From: a virus | Direction: 5' to 3' (one strand) | DNA length: 64,000 bases | Virus record (IMG/VR): IMGVR_UViG_3300034355_000809 | Shown: positions 29,338-38,770 of the stretch, piece after piece | How the letters are laid out: each line of letters begins with the position of its first letter | Numbering within the stretch: position 1 is the first letter of the stretch | Made by a program: the position numbers and the translations under genes | Notes under the pieces: model-generated | Seen by the model: the letters and a program-made list of their open reading frames with translations, nothing else | The model's database searches: none | What the model was told of the DNA's origin: nothing

Positions 29338-29937
29338 ATGTTTGACAAAAAAGAACTACCAAGCTTAGAGCGTTTTGAATCATCAGTGTATGATATTCCA
29401 CTATCTTCATTAGATGGCGAAAATAACATCCTTGCAAAAAACAAGGGTAAGGTAACAATGATCGTTAACGTAACTGGAGAATGCGCTAATTCCGCTCAAT
29501 ATCCAATTATTGAAGATCTTTATAAAGAATATAAAGACTTAGGCTTCGAGGTATTAGCAGTTCCAAGTACTGATTTTTGCGAAGATGCCTATGGAGCGTT
29601 TAAAGAGTCAAATGCAAGCCCGACACATATGCGAGATCATATGAAAGAATTATATAAGACTGATCTTCCTTTTAGTGAATTGGTTGGCATAGCTCCAGAG
29701 CCAAAGGCTGATGTAGAACAGCATCCTTTTTATAAACTAATTCAAGAAGGCAAAGACCCAATTCAAGGTAATTTTGAAAAAATAATAATAGGCAGAGATG
29801 GCAAAAAGATGTTTCGTTTCTGTAATTCGGATCTTTTAGATCTAGCTTTTAATGCTGGGGAAAGAAAAACCAACGCAGAACAAGCTCTTGTAAATATTAA
29901 AGCTGCAATAGAAGTATTATTGGATGATGTAATTTAA
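29338..29937 (+). CDS. Glutathione peroxidase-fold protein
   Basis: KGKVTMIVNVTGEC, LYKEYKDLGFEVLAVPS, NFEK.II. Confidence 0.75.
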   Translation: MFDKKELPSLERFESSVYDIPLSSLDGENNILAKNKGKVTMIVNVTGECANSAQYPIIEDLYKEYKDLGFEVLAVPSTDFCEDAYGAFKESNASPTHMRDHMKELYKTDLPFSELVGIAPEPKADVEQHPFYKLIQEGKDPIQGNFEKIIIGRDGKKMFRFCNSDLLDLAFNAGERKTNAEQALVNIKAAIEVLLDDVI

Positions 29938-29940
29938 ATT

Positions 29941-30645
29941 ATGACACAAGTTACGTTAACTAAAACTCATCAAAATCCGCCACAGATAGTCCAATCTAGA
30001 CTAAAGAGAGATTGGATGGATAACACCTATAAAAAGCATGCTTACCAGTGCCTTCCTATGACTACAGCAAATGTGCATGGCTGGGAATTGATACTTCCTC
30101 AAGATGTAGTTGTCCAATGGGAAGGTGAAAACACTAATGTAAAAATTCTTAGTGGCGAAGAATATATGGGAAGAACCCTTGCTTATGGAGGAATCATAGG
30201 TATGGTTTCTTTTTCTGTTGGTTGGGCATTCGGCACAGAAGAGGGTTATGAGACTTGGATTAGCGGTTCTCCGAACTACATGGTCGATGGAGCATCTCCC
30301 CTTAGTGCAATTATACCAAGTAGTTGGTGGCCAGATGAGTTTCAAATGAATTGGGCAATTAATAAAATTGGTGAACCAGTTACATTTGAGGCAGGAACAC
30401 CATTTATGTTTTTTAATATTTTCAAAAGTGATCTTCTTGAATCGGTTGATTTTAAAGTAGATAATCTTTGGGATAAGCCAGAGCTCATGAACGCCCGTGC
30501 AGCTTACGGTGATGCAAAAATGAAAAAGAATAAAGAAGAACCGTGGACTTGGATGAAGGGCATTAAAACTGGTTTAGATGAAAAGGGTGAAAAAATTGGT
30601 CCAGCAAATTCTGGTCTTCTAAAGTTAAATAATCCAAATATTTAG
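29941..30645 (+). CDS. DUF6065-like protein
   Basis: RDWMD.T...HAYQCLPM..AN..GWE pattern. Confidence 0.6.
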   Translation: MTQVTLTKTHQNPPQIVQSRLKRDWMDNTYKKHAYQCLPMTTANVHGWELILPQDVVVQWEGENTNVKILSGEEYMGRTLAYGGIIGMVSFSVGWAFGTEEGYETWISGSPNYMVDGASPLSAIIPSSWWPDEFQMNWAINKIGEPVTFEAGTPFMFFNIFKSDLLESVDFKVDNLWDKPELMNARAAYGDAKMKKNKEEPWTWMKGIKTGLDEKGEKIGPANSGLLKLNNPNI

Positions 30646-30654
30646 TTACTATAT
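30646..30654 (+). promoter_or_regulatory. Putative late promoter TTACTATAT
   Basis: Recurrent motif upstream of ATG 30688. Confidence 0.5.
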
Positions 30655-30687
30655 CAGCATACATTTTTAACAAAAAAGTGAGGCACA

Positions 30688-30942
30688 ATGTCATTTTCGT
30701 TAGTTACAACAGAAGAAAAATTAAGAAACTTAAACACTGCTAAAGCAGATTTTCAAGTAGAAATCTACAAAAATATTACAAAATTAGGACTTGATCCAGA
30801 CGCCTATAATATGGCTACCTGGGATTTTGATCCAGCGTCATCTTCAATTGAAGAAGATTCTGAATACAGACTTAAGTGCAGTATCACAACTGCATTAGAG
30901 CGTATAGTTCATATAGATGCAAAAATAGCAGAACTATCCTAA
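30688..30942 (+). CDS. Small helical hypothetical protein
   Basis: GAGG SD; E.IY....LGLDP motif. Confidence 0.7.
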   Translation: MSFSLVTTEEKLRNLNTAKADFQVEIYKNITKLGLDPDAYNMATWDFDPASSSIEEDSEYRLKCSITTALERIVHIDAKIAELS

Positions 30943-30953
30943 AGGAGTAAGAA

Positions 30954-31190
30954 ATGGCTGTGAATAATTCACAAAAACAATTAATAAAAGATAAAGCCGC
31001 AAACCATTTGGAAAAATCAATATATACATTATCGTATCTATTGTCAGTAGATCCAGAAAGTGCCCTTGGAGCTTCGGACGTTGGCGAACTTATTTCGTTA
31101 TCTTCGATTAGCACATCGCTTTCACCAGCAACAACTGCTGCGTTTGCATCATTATTTAATCAAATAGAGTCTTTAAAACTATTAGGATAA
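30954..31190 (+). CDS. Small helical hypothetical protein
   Basis: AAGGAG SD; EKSIY.L..LL.VDP motif. Confidence 0.7.
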   Translation: MAVNNSQKQLIKDKAANHLEKSIYTLSYLLSVDPESALGASDVGELISLSSISTSLSPATTAAFASLFNQIESLKLLG

Positions 31191-31196
31191 TAACTT

Positions 31197-31391
31197 ATGG
31201 CAGAGAATAATTTACGTAATCCCGATTCCGACATAGACGATGATTTAGTGCCAACTTTTTCTAAAGTACTTAAAAAATACGTATATGAAAACGGAGTTGA
31301 GTTTGAGTGCAGTATTCTTACATCTGGTAAAATAAATAAAGAAAGATCTTTTAAAGGATTTTTTACTGACGACAACGAAGAAGAAGAGTAA
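31197..31391 (+). CDS. Small hypothetical protein
   Basis: ORF within the operon. Confidence 0.6.
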   Translation: MAENNLRNPDSDIDDDLVPTFSKVLKKYVYENGVEFECSILTSGKINKERSFKGFFTDDNEEEE

Positions 31392-31393
31392 CC

Positions 31394-31696
31394 ATGAGCT
31401 ATAACGCAGAACAAGATCTTGAATATATAGAATCAGTCTTGGCTTTACAACTAAATATAATTGGTCTTGAAGCGGAAGATATGGATATCTTATCAATTGA
31501 TGAAATTATTACTAAAGCAAGAACATTTAATTTAATTACTCAGGAAATTACCCCTGTCCAAATTGCCAATTCGCAGCAAGAGGGAGCCTATAAAGATGAG
31601 CCAGCAGTTGCGATTTTAAGAAGTCAAAGAAATATAACTATATCTACCATTAGACGATTTTGGTGGATGCGCCAACTAGCGTTAGGAGCCGTGTGA
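31394..31696 (+). CDS. Small hypothetical protein
   Basis: ORF within the operon. Confidence 0.65.
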   Translation: MSYNAEQDLEYIESVLALQLNIIGLEAEDMDILSIDEIITKARTFNLITQEITPVQIANSQQEGAYKDEPAVAILRSQRNITISTIRRFWWMRQLALGAV

Positions 31697-31697
31697 T

Positions 31698-32417
31698 ATG
31701 AGTGCAGAAAAATCATTCTTCTCTAGAGTTAACGACCTTTTAAAACCATATAAAACAAATGCTGTAGCAAACCAAATTGAGATAGACTCTTATACTAAGG
31801 TTAAAGAATATCTAGATACTCTTCCTGTAGATAAAAGAAAAATAGCAGTAGGAGGAGATATCTTCATATGGTATTTCGATACTGTTGCTAGACAAGATTC
31901 AATACATAGAAGCACAGAAGGCTTTAGGTATGGAGATAATCCACAAGAAATTATTTTCATGATTAAAAAACCAGCAAAAACATTGCTATCTGGTCCAGCC
32001 ATAAGTATAGCCTTTGCCCATACAGCTGCAAGTATGTCAGATCTTACACTAGTTAATAACTACCAGCTAAACCTTCTTGAGCGTTGTATATTAACAGAAG
32101 CAGAAATAGCCGAATGGGACTATGATGTAATTTCAAGACAACAAGCTGAAGCTTCAGATGGTGGACCTTTTGATTTCATAGCGGTAAGTTCATACGATAT
32201 AGTACATGATCCATCGTTAGTTCTTTCCTATTTTAATATGTTAGCTACAAATGGCGTCATGCTAGTAACATGGACTGCAGATAATGGAAACCTATACGAA
32301 ACTGACGCAGAGTATTCTCCTTATTTTGAAATACACCAACATTTAAAGAGTCTAGAAAACGTATGTGTATCTCATGATTACACCAGCCTAGGAACAACAA
32401 CTGTCGTAAAATTATAG
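31698..32417 (+). CDS. Class I SAM methyltransferase-like fold protein
   Basis: GPFDFIAV and L..NGVMLV segments; no clear GxG motif I. Confidence 0.4.
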   Translation: MSAEKSFFSRVNDLLKPYKTNAVANQIEIDSYTKVKEYLDTLPVDKRKIAVGGDIFIWYFDTVARQDSIHRSTEGFRYGDNPQEIIFMIKKPAKTLLSGPAISIAFAHTAASMSDLTLVNNYQLNLLERCILTEAEIAEWDYDVISRQQAEASDGGPFDFIAVSSYDIVHDPSLVLSYFNMLATNGVMLVTWTADNGNLYETDAEYSPYFEIHQHLKSLENVCVSHDYTSLGTTTVVKL

Positions 32418-32429
32418 TATAATACTACC

Positions 32430-33107
32430 ATGATAGTAGTTGATAACTTCATAAAAGATTCTGAGCTTTTAAAGCAAATTGAATTGTCCGAAAATTTGTT
32501 TCCTCAATCAATGGGTTCAGAAACAAGAATTGCTACTGAGCTAAATTCATATCATCACGAGCAAGCAAGTTGTTTTGCTCCGTATATGTTTTGGGATGGT
32601 TGGTGGAAATCAGAAGCAAACACAACTGCTAAAAAAATGGTTAAATCTATTTGGGAACATAATCTTCCATTTGACAAAGAAGATGTTTGTGGTTTTGAAT
32701 ACTGGACTAGAACATTTAACCCAGGTCAATATTTGGGTACTCATGTTGATGAAGATACATTTTTATACGCAAAAGAAAAGATTTTTCGTGGACCAATAAT
32801 AGGTTGCGTATATTATCCACATACAAACGATGTTGTAGGCGGTTTCTTAGAATTACACCCCAACGCTATTGGGGAAAATACTAAAAACTCACTAGAATCA
32901 GAAAACATCAAAAACAATATATCCCCTATTGAGGATCGTGAAAGAATCGCATGCAAACCCAATAGGTTAGTTATTTTCGATGCTGGACATATGGTTCACA
33001 ATACAACTCCTCCTATTTCTGGAGTTAGAAGAGTCATGGTTGTCAATGTGTGGCATAGGGATTCTCCACCATCAGCTCTTACCAGTGGTGAATTCTACTA
33101 TGAGTGA
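32430..33107 (+). CDS. 2OG-Fe(II) oxygenase-like protein
   Basis: HVDED...GGFLE...PNRLVIFD..H......G.RR. Confidence 0.7.
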   Translation: MIVVDNFIKDSELLKQIELSENLFPQSMGSETRIATELNSYHHEQASCFAPYMFWDGWWKSEANTTAKKMVKSIWEHNLPFDKEDVCGFEYWTRTFNPGQYLGTHVDEDTFLYAKEKIFRGPIIGCVYYPHTNDVVGGFLELHPNAIGENTKNSLESENIKNNISPIEDRERIACKPNRLVIFDAGHMVHNTTPPISGVRRVMVVNVWHRDSPPSALTSGEFYYE

Positions 33108-33699
33108 TTTTGAATTTCAGTCTCTTTTAAACATTGGTATTTATAAGAAAAAATTAAATTATATAGACAACAATAAGCTATATGAAGAAATAAAAACATG
33201 TTCTAAAAAAGTTGACAATTCTTTTATTGAAGACAAAAACCATTCTTATTTTGAAGATCAAACATATCCATTTGGATCACTGGAATCAGAAAAACTTATT
33301 ACTGCACTTCAAAATGAAGTAAGCATAGCCATTGGTAAAGAGATGTTGTTAAATGATATATGGACCTTGACACTAGAGCATGGTCAGTCTGTTGGCTATC
33401 ATTCTCATAAATCAAATACACACTTGTACCCAAATGAATATTACTCCATTGCATACTACGCAAACGCTCCAAAGGGAAGTTCTGACATTCAATTTAACAT
33501 AACTGCATGTAACACGATGGAAAGTTTTGTTTCTGTACCGGCAGAAGAAGGATTGTTAATTATATTTAATTCTTTTATACCCCACATGACTAATAGACAT
33601 AATAACTTAGATCAAAACAGAGTTGTTATAAGTGCAAATCTTTCCCCAAAATACCCTACGCAAGCACAAACTCAAGATTGGTCAGCATACGCCAGATAA
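33100..33699 (+). CDS. Putative 2OG-Fe(II) oxygenase (TIGR02466-like)
   Basis: W......G....YHSH...S..YY...EG.L.IF.S...H......R.VISAN; ATG 33100 overlaps the previous stop. Confidence 0.7.
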   Translation: MSDFEFQSLLNIGIYKKKLNYIDNNKLYEEIKTCSKKVDNSFIEDKNHSYFEDQTYPFGSLESEKLITALQNEVSIAIGKEMLLNDIWTLTLEHGQSVGYHSHKSNTHLYPNEYYSIAYYANAPKGSSDIQFNITACNTMESFVSVPAEEGLLIIFNSFIPHMTNRHNNLDQNRVVISANLSPKYPTQAQTQDWSAYAR

Positions 33700-33721
33700 T
33701 AAGGTGTGCTATACTATAAAG

Positions 33722-34045
33722 ATGAACGATCAAAAAACACCAAACATCATTGGAGATTGGCAAGTTTCTGCATTTACCCCATTTGGGGTTAGTAACAGTA
33801 CGGCTAAAATTACTTCAATTGAACCATTTGTTTCTGGAACAATTATTGGCGAAAGAGGTTCTTTAGATTTTGATAATGGAACTGTTGAAAACAACATACT
33901 CACATTTTCAGTGATTGCAGATACTCCAATAAGAGCTACACTCGTAGTCAGTGCAGAAGTAATTGACGACAAATTTGAAGGTACCTTACAAGTAGACGAG
34001 TATATGAAGATAGTTATTAAGGGGCAAAAAAATGTCAATCTATGA
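33722..34045 (+). CDS. Hypothetical beta-rich protein
   Basis: ATG 33722 lies 6 nt after TGCTATACT. Confidence 0.6.
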   Translation: MNDQKTPNIIGDWQVSAFTPFGVSNSTAKITSIEPFVSGTIIGERGSLDFDNGTVENNILTFSVIADTPIRATLVVSAEVIDDKFEGTLQVDEYMKIVIKGQKNVNL

Positions 34046-34649
34046 TATAGAAGCTACATCAATAGAAGGTGAAAAAAATTATTTATCCACCTTTAGGGGT
34101 AAGCTTACTTTAATTGTAAATGTCTCTACAAAAGCTGGTGGGTATGAGCCTAAATGTTCTAAGGTATGGTCCTATTCTAGGACGTCACGCCAGTTGTGGC
34201 AGCTACAGCAAGTCCATGATGAATTTAAGGATAGAGGATTTTCTGTATTAGCATTTCCAAATAACCAATTTGCTCAGATGGAACCAGGAACTAATGAAGA
34301 GATAATCCCTTTTGTTAAGGAGCATTATCCTTTTGTGACTTTTCCATTTTTTGAAAAAGTAGATGTCAATGGAAAAAACGAACACCCTGTATTTTCAGCT
34401 TTAAAAGGTAATGAAAAAAGAAACTATTCTGATTTTACTGCTGATCAAAGCGATAAGGCTGTAGAGAATCAAAATTTAGCTGGACAAGCAATTGCTAGAA
34501 TTTCACATGGATATGAAAAATTCTTAGTTAGCAGAGAAGGTATCATGGTTGCTAGATTCAATTGGCAAGATATGCCTTTGGATGAAGTACCAAGAGTTAT
34601 GGGTGCTGGATGGACAATTAGAGAAGCTATTGACGAGATGTTAGGATAA
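34032..34649 (+). CDS. Glutathione peroxidase-fold protein (atypical active site)
   Basis: FRGKLTLIVNV, GFSVLAFPNNQF..MEPG, FEKVDVNG.NEHPVF, YEKFLV. Confidence 0.8.
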   Translation: MSIYDIEATSIEGEKNYLSTFRGKLTLIVNVSTKAGGYEPKCSKVWSYSRTSRQLWQLQQVHDEFKDRGFSVLAFPNNQFAQMEPGTNEEIIPFVKEHYPFVTFPFFEKVDVNGKNEHPVFSALKGNEKRNYSDFTADQSDKAVENQNLAGQAIARISHGYEKFLVSREGIMVARFNWQDMPLDEVPRVMGAGWTIREAIDEMLG

Positions 34650-34651
34650 TC

Positions 34652-35752
34652 ATGGAAAATCAGCCAAAAGATAAATTTATTAATAGTACTCCATTTCCAG
34701 TTACGCCAGAAATTGGTGAAAAGGAATTGAAAGAAATAAATGACATTCAGATAGAAGTGCTTGGACCTGGTGTTATCGTTTTCAAAAATGCTTTTAAAAT
34801 AGATCAAGAATTAATACTTGATTATATCGATTCTAAGGCTGAAAAAGCTCATGAAAACAGATGGACTTATATCACCGGAGAAGATGGTGTAGAATATGGT
34901 ATTAATGAAGATGGTTTTAGATACAGACTTCAAGATGTTCCGACTACACCAGTCAGACTTTTGCACCCTGTTACGGATGAAACTCCAGATAAAGTTAAAG
35001 ATTTTTTTCTTTACTTAGAAGAACAAAATTATAAATGTCTTCTTAAGTACATAGATAATTACCCGCTGGTTGTTGGCAGTATTTGGTGGAAAAATAGAGG
35101 TCACGTTTTAAGATATGGTGATGGCGGAATATTGGGTTGTCATTCAGACAACGATACCAACTACAAAGTAACTGGCGGAGTTAGGTACATGCCTAGGGGG
35201 ATGGTTGCCGCAAGACAAACTTGTGGGTCATTACTTTACTTAAATGACTGTGTTGAATCTGAAGAAGAATTAAATGGAAGAAACTTTACTGGTGGTCATC
35301 TTCGTTTTGTCCATCTTGGCATTTCTTACAAGCCACAAAGAGGCGATATAATATACTTCCCAACAAATTACATTGCCGCTCACGATGTTGAAAAAATGGG
35401 CAAGGGAGTCAGATATAGTTATTTATCTTTCTTTGGTCAGGGTGGCGATGACATTCCAGCTAATGTAGTTATTAGCGAACCAGAAAGAAGCTTTGAATGG
35501 TGTCCAGGTGTTTGGCTCAATAACATATATGATGATTACGAAAGATACTGTAAATCACCATATTCATTATTTAGCAATCCAGAAAACTCAAAGGTAGAAG
35601 TTGGTTGGAATCCTGTTTATCAGGGTAGAAACGTTGCTCAATACAGTAGTACTCACGAAGCCGTAGAGGTTAAGGAGCAAGTTGCAGTTGCAAATAACTC
35701 TGACGCTGACCTTCCAGAAGGTCCGTGTGGAACTGATCCAGTAGCTGTATAA
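34652..35752 (+). CDS. 2OG-Fe(II) oxygenase
   Basis: HSD...YLND...FTGG.L...HDV....G.RY. Confidence 0.8.
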   Translation: MENQPKDKFINSTPFPVTPEIGEKELKEINDIQIEVLGPGVIVFKNAFKIDQELILDYIDSKAEKAHENRWTYITGEDGVEYGINEDGFRYRLQDVPTTPVRLLHPVTDETPDKVKDFFLYLEEQNYKCLLKYIDNYPLVVGSIWWKNRGHVLRYGDGGILGCHSDNDTNYKVTGGVRYMPRGMVAARQTCGSLLYLNDCVESEEELNGRNFTGGHLRFVHLGISYKPQRGDIIYFPTNYIAAHDVEKMGKGVRYSYLSFFGQGGDDIPANVVISEPERSFEWCPGVWLNNIYDDYERYCKSPYSLFSNPENSKVEVGWNPVYQGRNVAQYSSTHEAVEVKEQVAVANNSDADLPEGPCGTDPVAV

Positions 35753-35753
35753 G

Positions 35754-36671
35754 GTGGATGCAATGTTAACACCAGAACACCTTGGTTCTGGTGTAGTTCT
35801 TTTTAGAAATGCCGTTAAGGTAGATCAAGATATTATACTCCCATATATTGCATCTCTAAAAGAAAAAGCAATAAAAGAAGATTATACAATAGTCTATGAC
35901 GATGACAATCAGCCAACTTATGCCATAAATAGAAGTGGCCATAGATATACTCTAGAAGACATATATAAGAGTTCAAGTCATATTATGAACTTTGTCAACG
36001 AGAATACTAATAAGCAAATCATTGATTTTTTTGAAGGCTGCGAAAAATCTTTCTACCAAGGCGCATTAAGTTATATAACAGTTTTTCCAATGATATTAAC
36101 AAGCCTATGGTGGAGAACTCAGGGACACATACTGGCCTACGGGCCAGAAAGTGCAATGGGCCTACATAGTGATAATGACGTAAACTACAAGCCTGGCTTT
36201 GAACCAGATCTTCAGGTAGCAACCAGAAGTGTTGTGGGCATGATTATCTATCTTAATGATTCAGTCGATACGCTTGATGATATTAATGATTATGAATATT
36301 TAGGCGGAGAAATAGAATTCCCCTACGCGAACATAAAATATAAACCAAAAACTGGAGACATGCTGATGTTTCCGTCCAACTATCTGGGTTCGCATGAAGT
36401 GTATCCATGTACAAATGGAAATAGATATGCTTACATAGGTTACTTTTCTCAGGGATCGCCACACATAGAGAGAGGTATTAACATAACTCATGGTGAAATT
36501 CCAGTTGGTTCCCAGGGCCAAATATGGATGCCAAATATAGTTAAAGATTATATAGAGTTTGTTAATAAAAACTATAAAGATGTAGATCCAGAAAAAATTA
36601 ACGAGTTGCTACGAGCAACGCATAGGGTGTACAATAGTGCTAATACAGTAAAGGATATGCGCGATGAATAA
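35754..36671 (+). CDS. 2OG-Fe(II) oxygenase
   Basis: HSD...YLND...GGEI...HEV....G.RY. Confidence 0.8.
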   Translation: MDAMLTPEHLGSGVVLFRNAVKVDQDIILPYIASLKEKAIKEDYTIVYDDDNQPTYAINRSGHRYTLEDIYKSSSHIMNFVNENTNKQIIDFFEGCEKSFYQGALSYITVFPMILTSLWWRTQGHILAYGPESAMGLHSDNDVNYKPGFEPDLQVATRSVVGMIIYLNDSVDTLDDINDYEYLGGEIEFPYANIKYKPKTGDMLMFPSNYLGSHEVYPCTNGNRYAYIGYFSQGSPHIERGINITHGEIPVGSQGQIWMPNIVKDYIEFVNKNYKDVDPEKINELLRATHRVYNSANTVKDMRDE

Positions 36672-37563
36672 TTTAGTTTTAAACACAGATGTAGAGGGTG
36701 AAGATCTTGGTGGCGGAGTAGTTTTATTTAGGTCTGCAATAGACTTTGATGCAGACTATTGTTTTGATCTTTGTAGTGAAATCGTGGCTAGAGAAAAAGC
36801 AGCTATGTATACTCCTGGGGTTGACCCAGAGACCGGGGAAGAAATATATATAAATAGAAGCGGATACTTTTTCGGCAAAGATAGCATAGACGGAATGCCA
36901 GGGAGAGGATCTGCAGCACATCAAGATCCAAGAAAAGAAGTGATAGAATTCTTAAATGGCTTAGAATCCGCTAGAGACGAATATTTATTTAAATATCTAG
37001 AATGCTATCCACTTGCATTTAAATGTATATGGTGGAAAGTAAAAGGTCACATTGTATCTTATAAAGAAGGAGCATATCTTGGATCCCATTCAGATATTAG
37101 CACCGATTATATATATGGTGTTTGGACTCCGAATGACCAATTAGCAATGCGCAGTACTGTGACTGCTTTAATTTACTTTAATGACTCCGTTGAGAGTGAA
37201 GATGAATTGAATGGAAAAAATTTCATGGGTGGTGACCACTACTTTAACTACTTAAACATAACACACAAACCAAAAAAGGGAGATATTATATTTTTCCCAG
37301 CATCCTATACAGCTGGCCATGAAGTAAAAGTTGTAGAAAAAGGTTTAAGATTTTCTTATTTAGGATGGTATAGTCAAGGAACTCCGAATATAGAAGTTAA
37401 AGAGAGTGTAGAAGATCCACTAAAGAATCCAGAAGTAGCACAATTCTCGACTAACGTTTACATGCCAACACTTGTAAAGGATTATCAAAATCATTTGTTA
37501 AACAGAGGATTTGATAAATTTTCAGAACAATATAGAATAACTGTTTCGAGTTACGGTAGTTGA
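36664..37563 (+). CDS. 2OG-Fe(II) oxygenase
   Basis: HSD...YFND...GG...HEV..V..G.RF. Confidence 0.8.
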   Translation: MNNLVLNTDVEGEDLGGGVVLFRSAIDFDADYCFDLCSEIVAREKAAMYTPGVDPETGEEIYINRSGYFFGKDSIDGMPGRGSAAHQDPRKEVIEFLNGLESARDEYLFKYLECYPLAFKCIWWKVKGHIVSYKEGAYLGSHSDISTDYIYGVWTPNDQLAMRSTVTALIYFNDSVESEDELNGKNFMGGDHYFNYLNITHKPKKGDIIFFPASYTAGHEVKVVEKGLRFSYLGWYSQGTPNIEVKESVEDPLKNPEVAQFSTNVYMPTLVKDYQNHLLNRGFDKFSEQYRITVSSYGS

Positions 37564-37564
37564 T

Positions 37565-38353
37565 ATGATGGATACAAGAATAAATATGACTGATATTGGT
37601 AGCGGACTATGCGTAGTAAAAGACTGTATCGACGTAGATCAAGAATTTCTTTTTAATTACATCAATTACCTAAGAGAGGTTGAAGAAGAAACTTTTACCT
37701 ACGTTGAAGAAGATGGTAAACGATATGCCATAAACAGAACTGGTTTTAAATTTGATCCTGACGGCGTAATGTTGGCACCTAATAGGTTCATAGATCCATT
37801 ATTAAAATGGAGTCCAAATAGAGACGTTACACCAGAACAAGAGCAATTTATAGCTGATCTAGAAGATCTAATGTATAGAATCTTGGTTGAGTACTGCAAG
37901 TACTACCCTGACGCCTCTACAGTGTGCTGGTGGAGAGGCATGGGGCATATCGCCACTTACGAAAAGGGCCAAAACATAGGCCCTCATTGCGATGATCAGA
38001 TACCTCACGAATTTGGGAAAGCTCCTGCTAGTGAATATCCAAAGCATAGTAAGGTAAGTGTAAATATTTATTTGAATGATTCAGTAGATAATGTTGAAGA
38101 TCTTAATGATTATAATTTCTTAGGTGGAGAGATTACCCACAGACATGCTAAGCACACACATAAGCCCAAGGCTGGCTCTGCGGTCATCTACCCAACCAAC
38201 TTCATAGGTACTCACGAGGTTGCGCCCGTTACCAAGGGTCTTAGAATAGCATACCTTGGCTCTTTTCTTTATGGAACTCCTGAACATCATTTTGAGGGAG
38301 ACTCAAGAATATGGATGCCAAACCTGCGCAAAGATGCTGGATTAGAATACTGA
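37565..38353 (+). CDS. 2OG-Fe(II) oxygenase
   Basis: HCD...YLND...GGEI...HEV.PV..G.R. Confidence 0.8.
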   Translation: MMDTRINMTDIGSGLCVVKDCIDVDQEFLFNYINYLREVEEETFTYVEEDGKRYAINRTGFKFDPDGVMLAPNRFIDPLLKWSPNRDVTPEQEQFIADLEDLMYRILVEYCKYYPDASTVCWWRGMGHIATYEKGQNIGPHCDDQIPHEFGKAPASEYPKHSKVSVNIYLNDSVDNVEDLNDYNFLGGEITHRHAKHTHKPKAGSAVIYPTNFIGTHEVAPVTKGLRIAYLGSFLYGTPEHHFEGDSRIWMPNLRKDAGLEY

Positions 38354-38361
38354 TTTAACAG

Positions 38362-38369
38362 TTACTATA
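38362..38369 (+). promoter_or_regulatory. Putative late promoter TTACTATA
   Basis: Sits where the accessory island ends and structural genes resume. Confidence 0.5.
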
Positions 38370-38396
38370 ACGCTGTCTGATCTCAAAGGGTTAAAA

Positions 38397-38732
38397 ATGC
38401 TTTATAATGAACCTATTTCGTATAGCCAAGCTAATACTACCTTTAATGGTGATCTATACATTTATGTAGCAAGTATAGAAAATCCAATCATTGTCAACAA
38501 TATAACTTTCTTCTTTGTTTCAAATCAAGATTATTCCAACCTTACAACCATAAGTGTTATCAGCGTAGATGTTAGTCCAGAAGGCAGGATAAGTATAGAG
38601 GCCTATGCAGACCAGGTAGACTCTCTGTTGGCCACTAGTGTAATAGGTATAACTGGAGAGGCAGAGATTTCCATAGACGGCCTAGTAGGCGCAAGTACAA
38701 CTGGTCAAGGACAGATTACATTAACCCCTTAG
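38397..38732 (+). CDS. Hypothetical beta-rich virion protein
   Basis: ORF after the late-type motif. Confidence 0.55.
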   Translation: MLYNEPISYSQANTTFNGDLYIYVASIENPIIVNNITFFFVSNQDYSNLTTISVISVDVSPEGRISIEAYADQVDSLLATSVIGITGEAEISIDGLVGASTTGQGQITLTP

Positions 38733-38770
38733 GCCAGTACTATTAAATATATCGATAAATTGGAGTCAAT

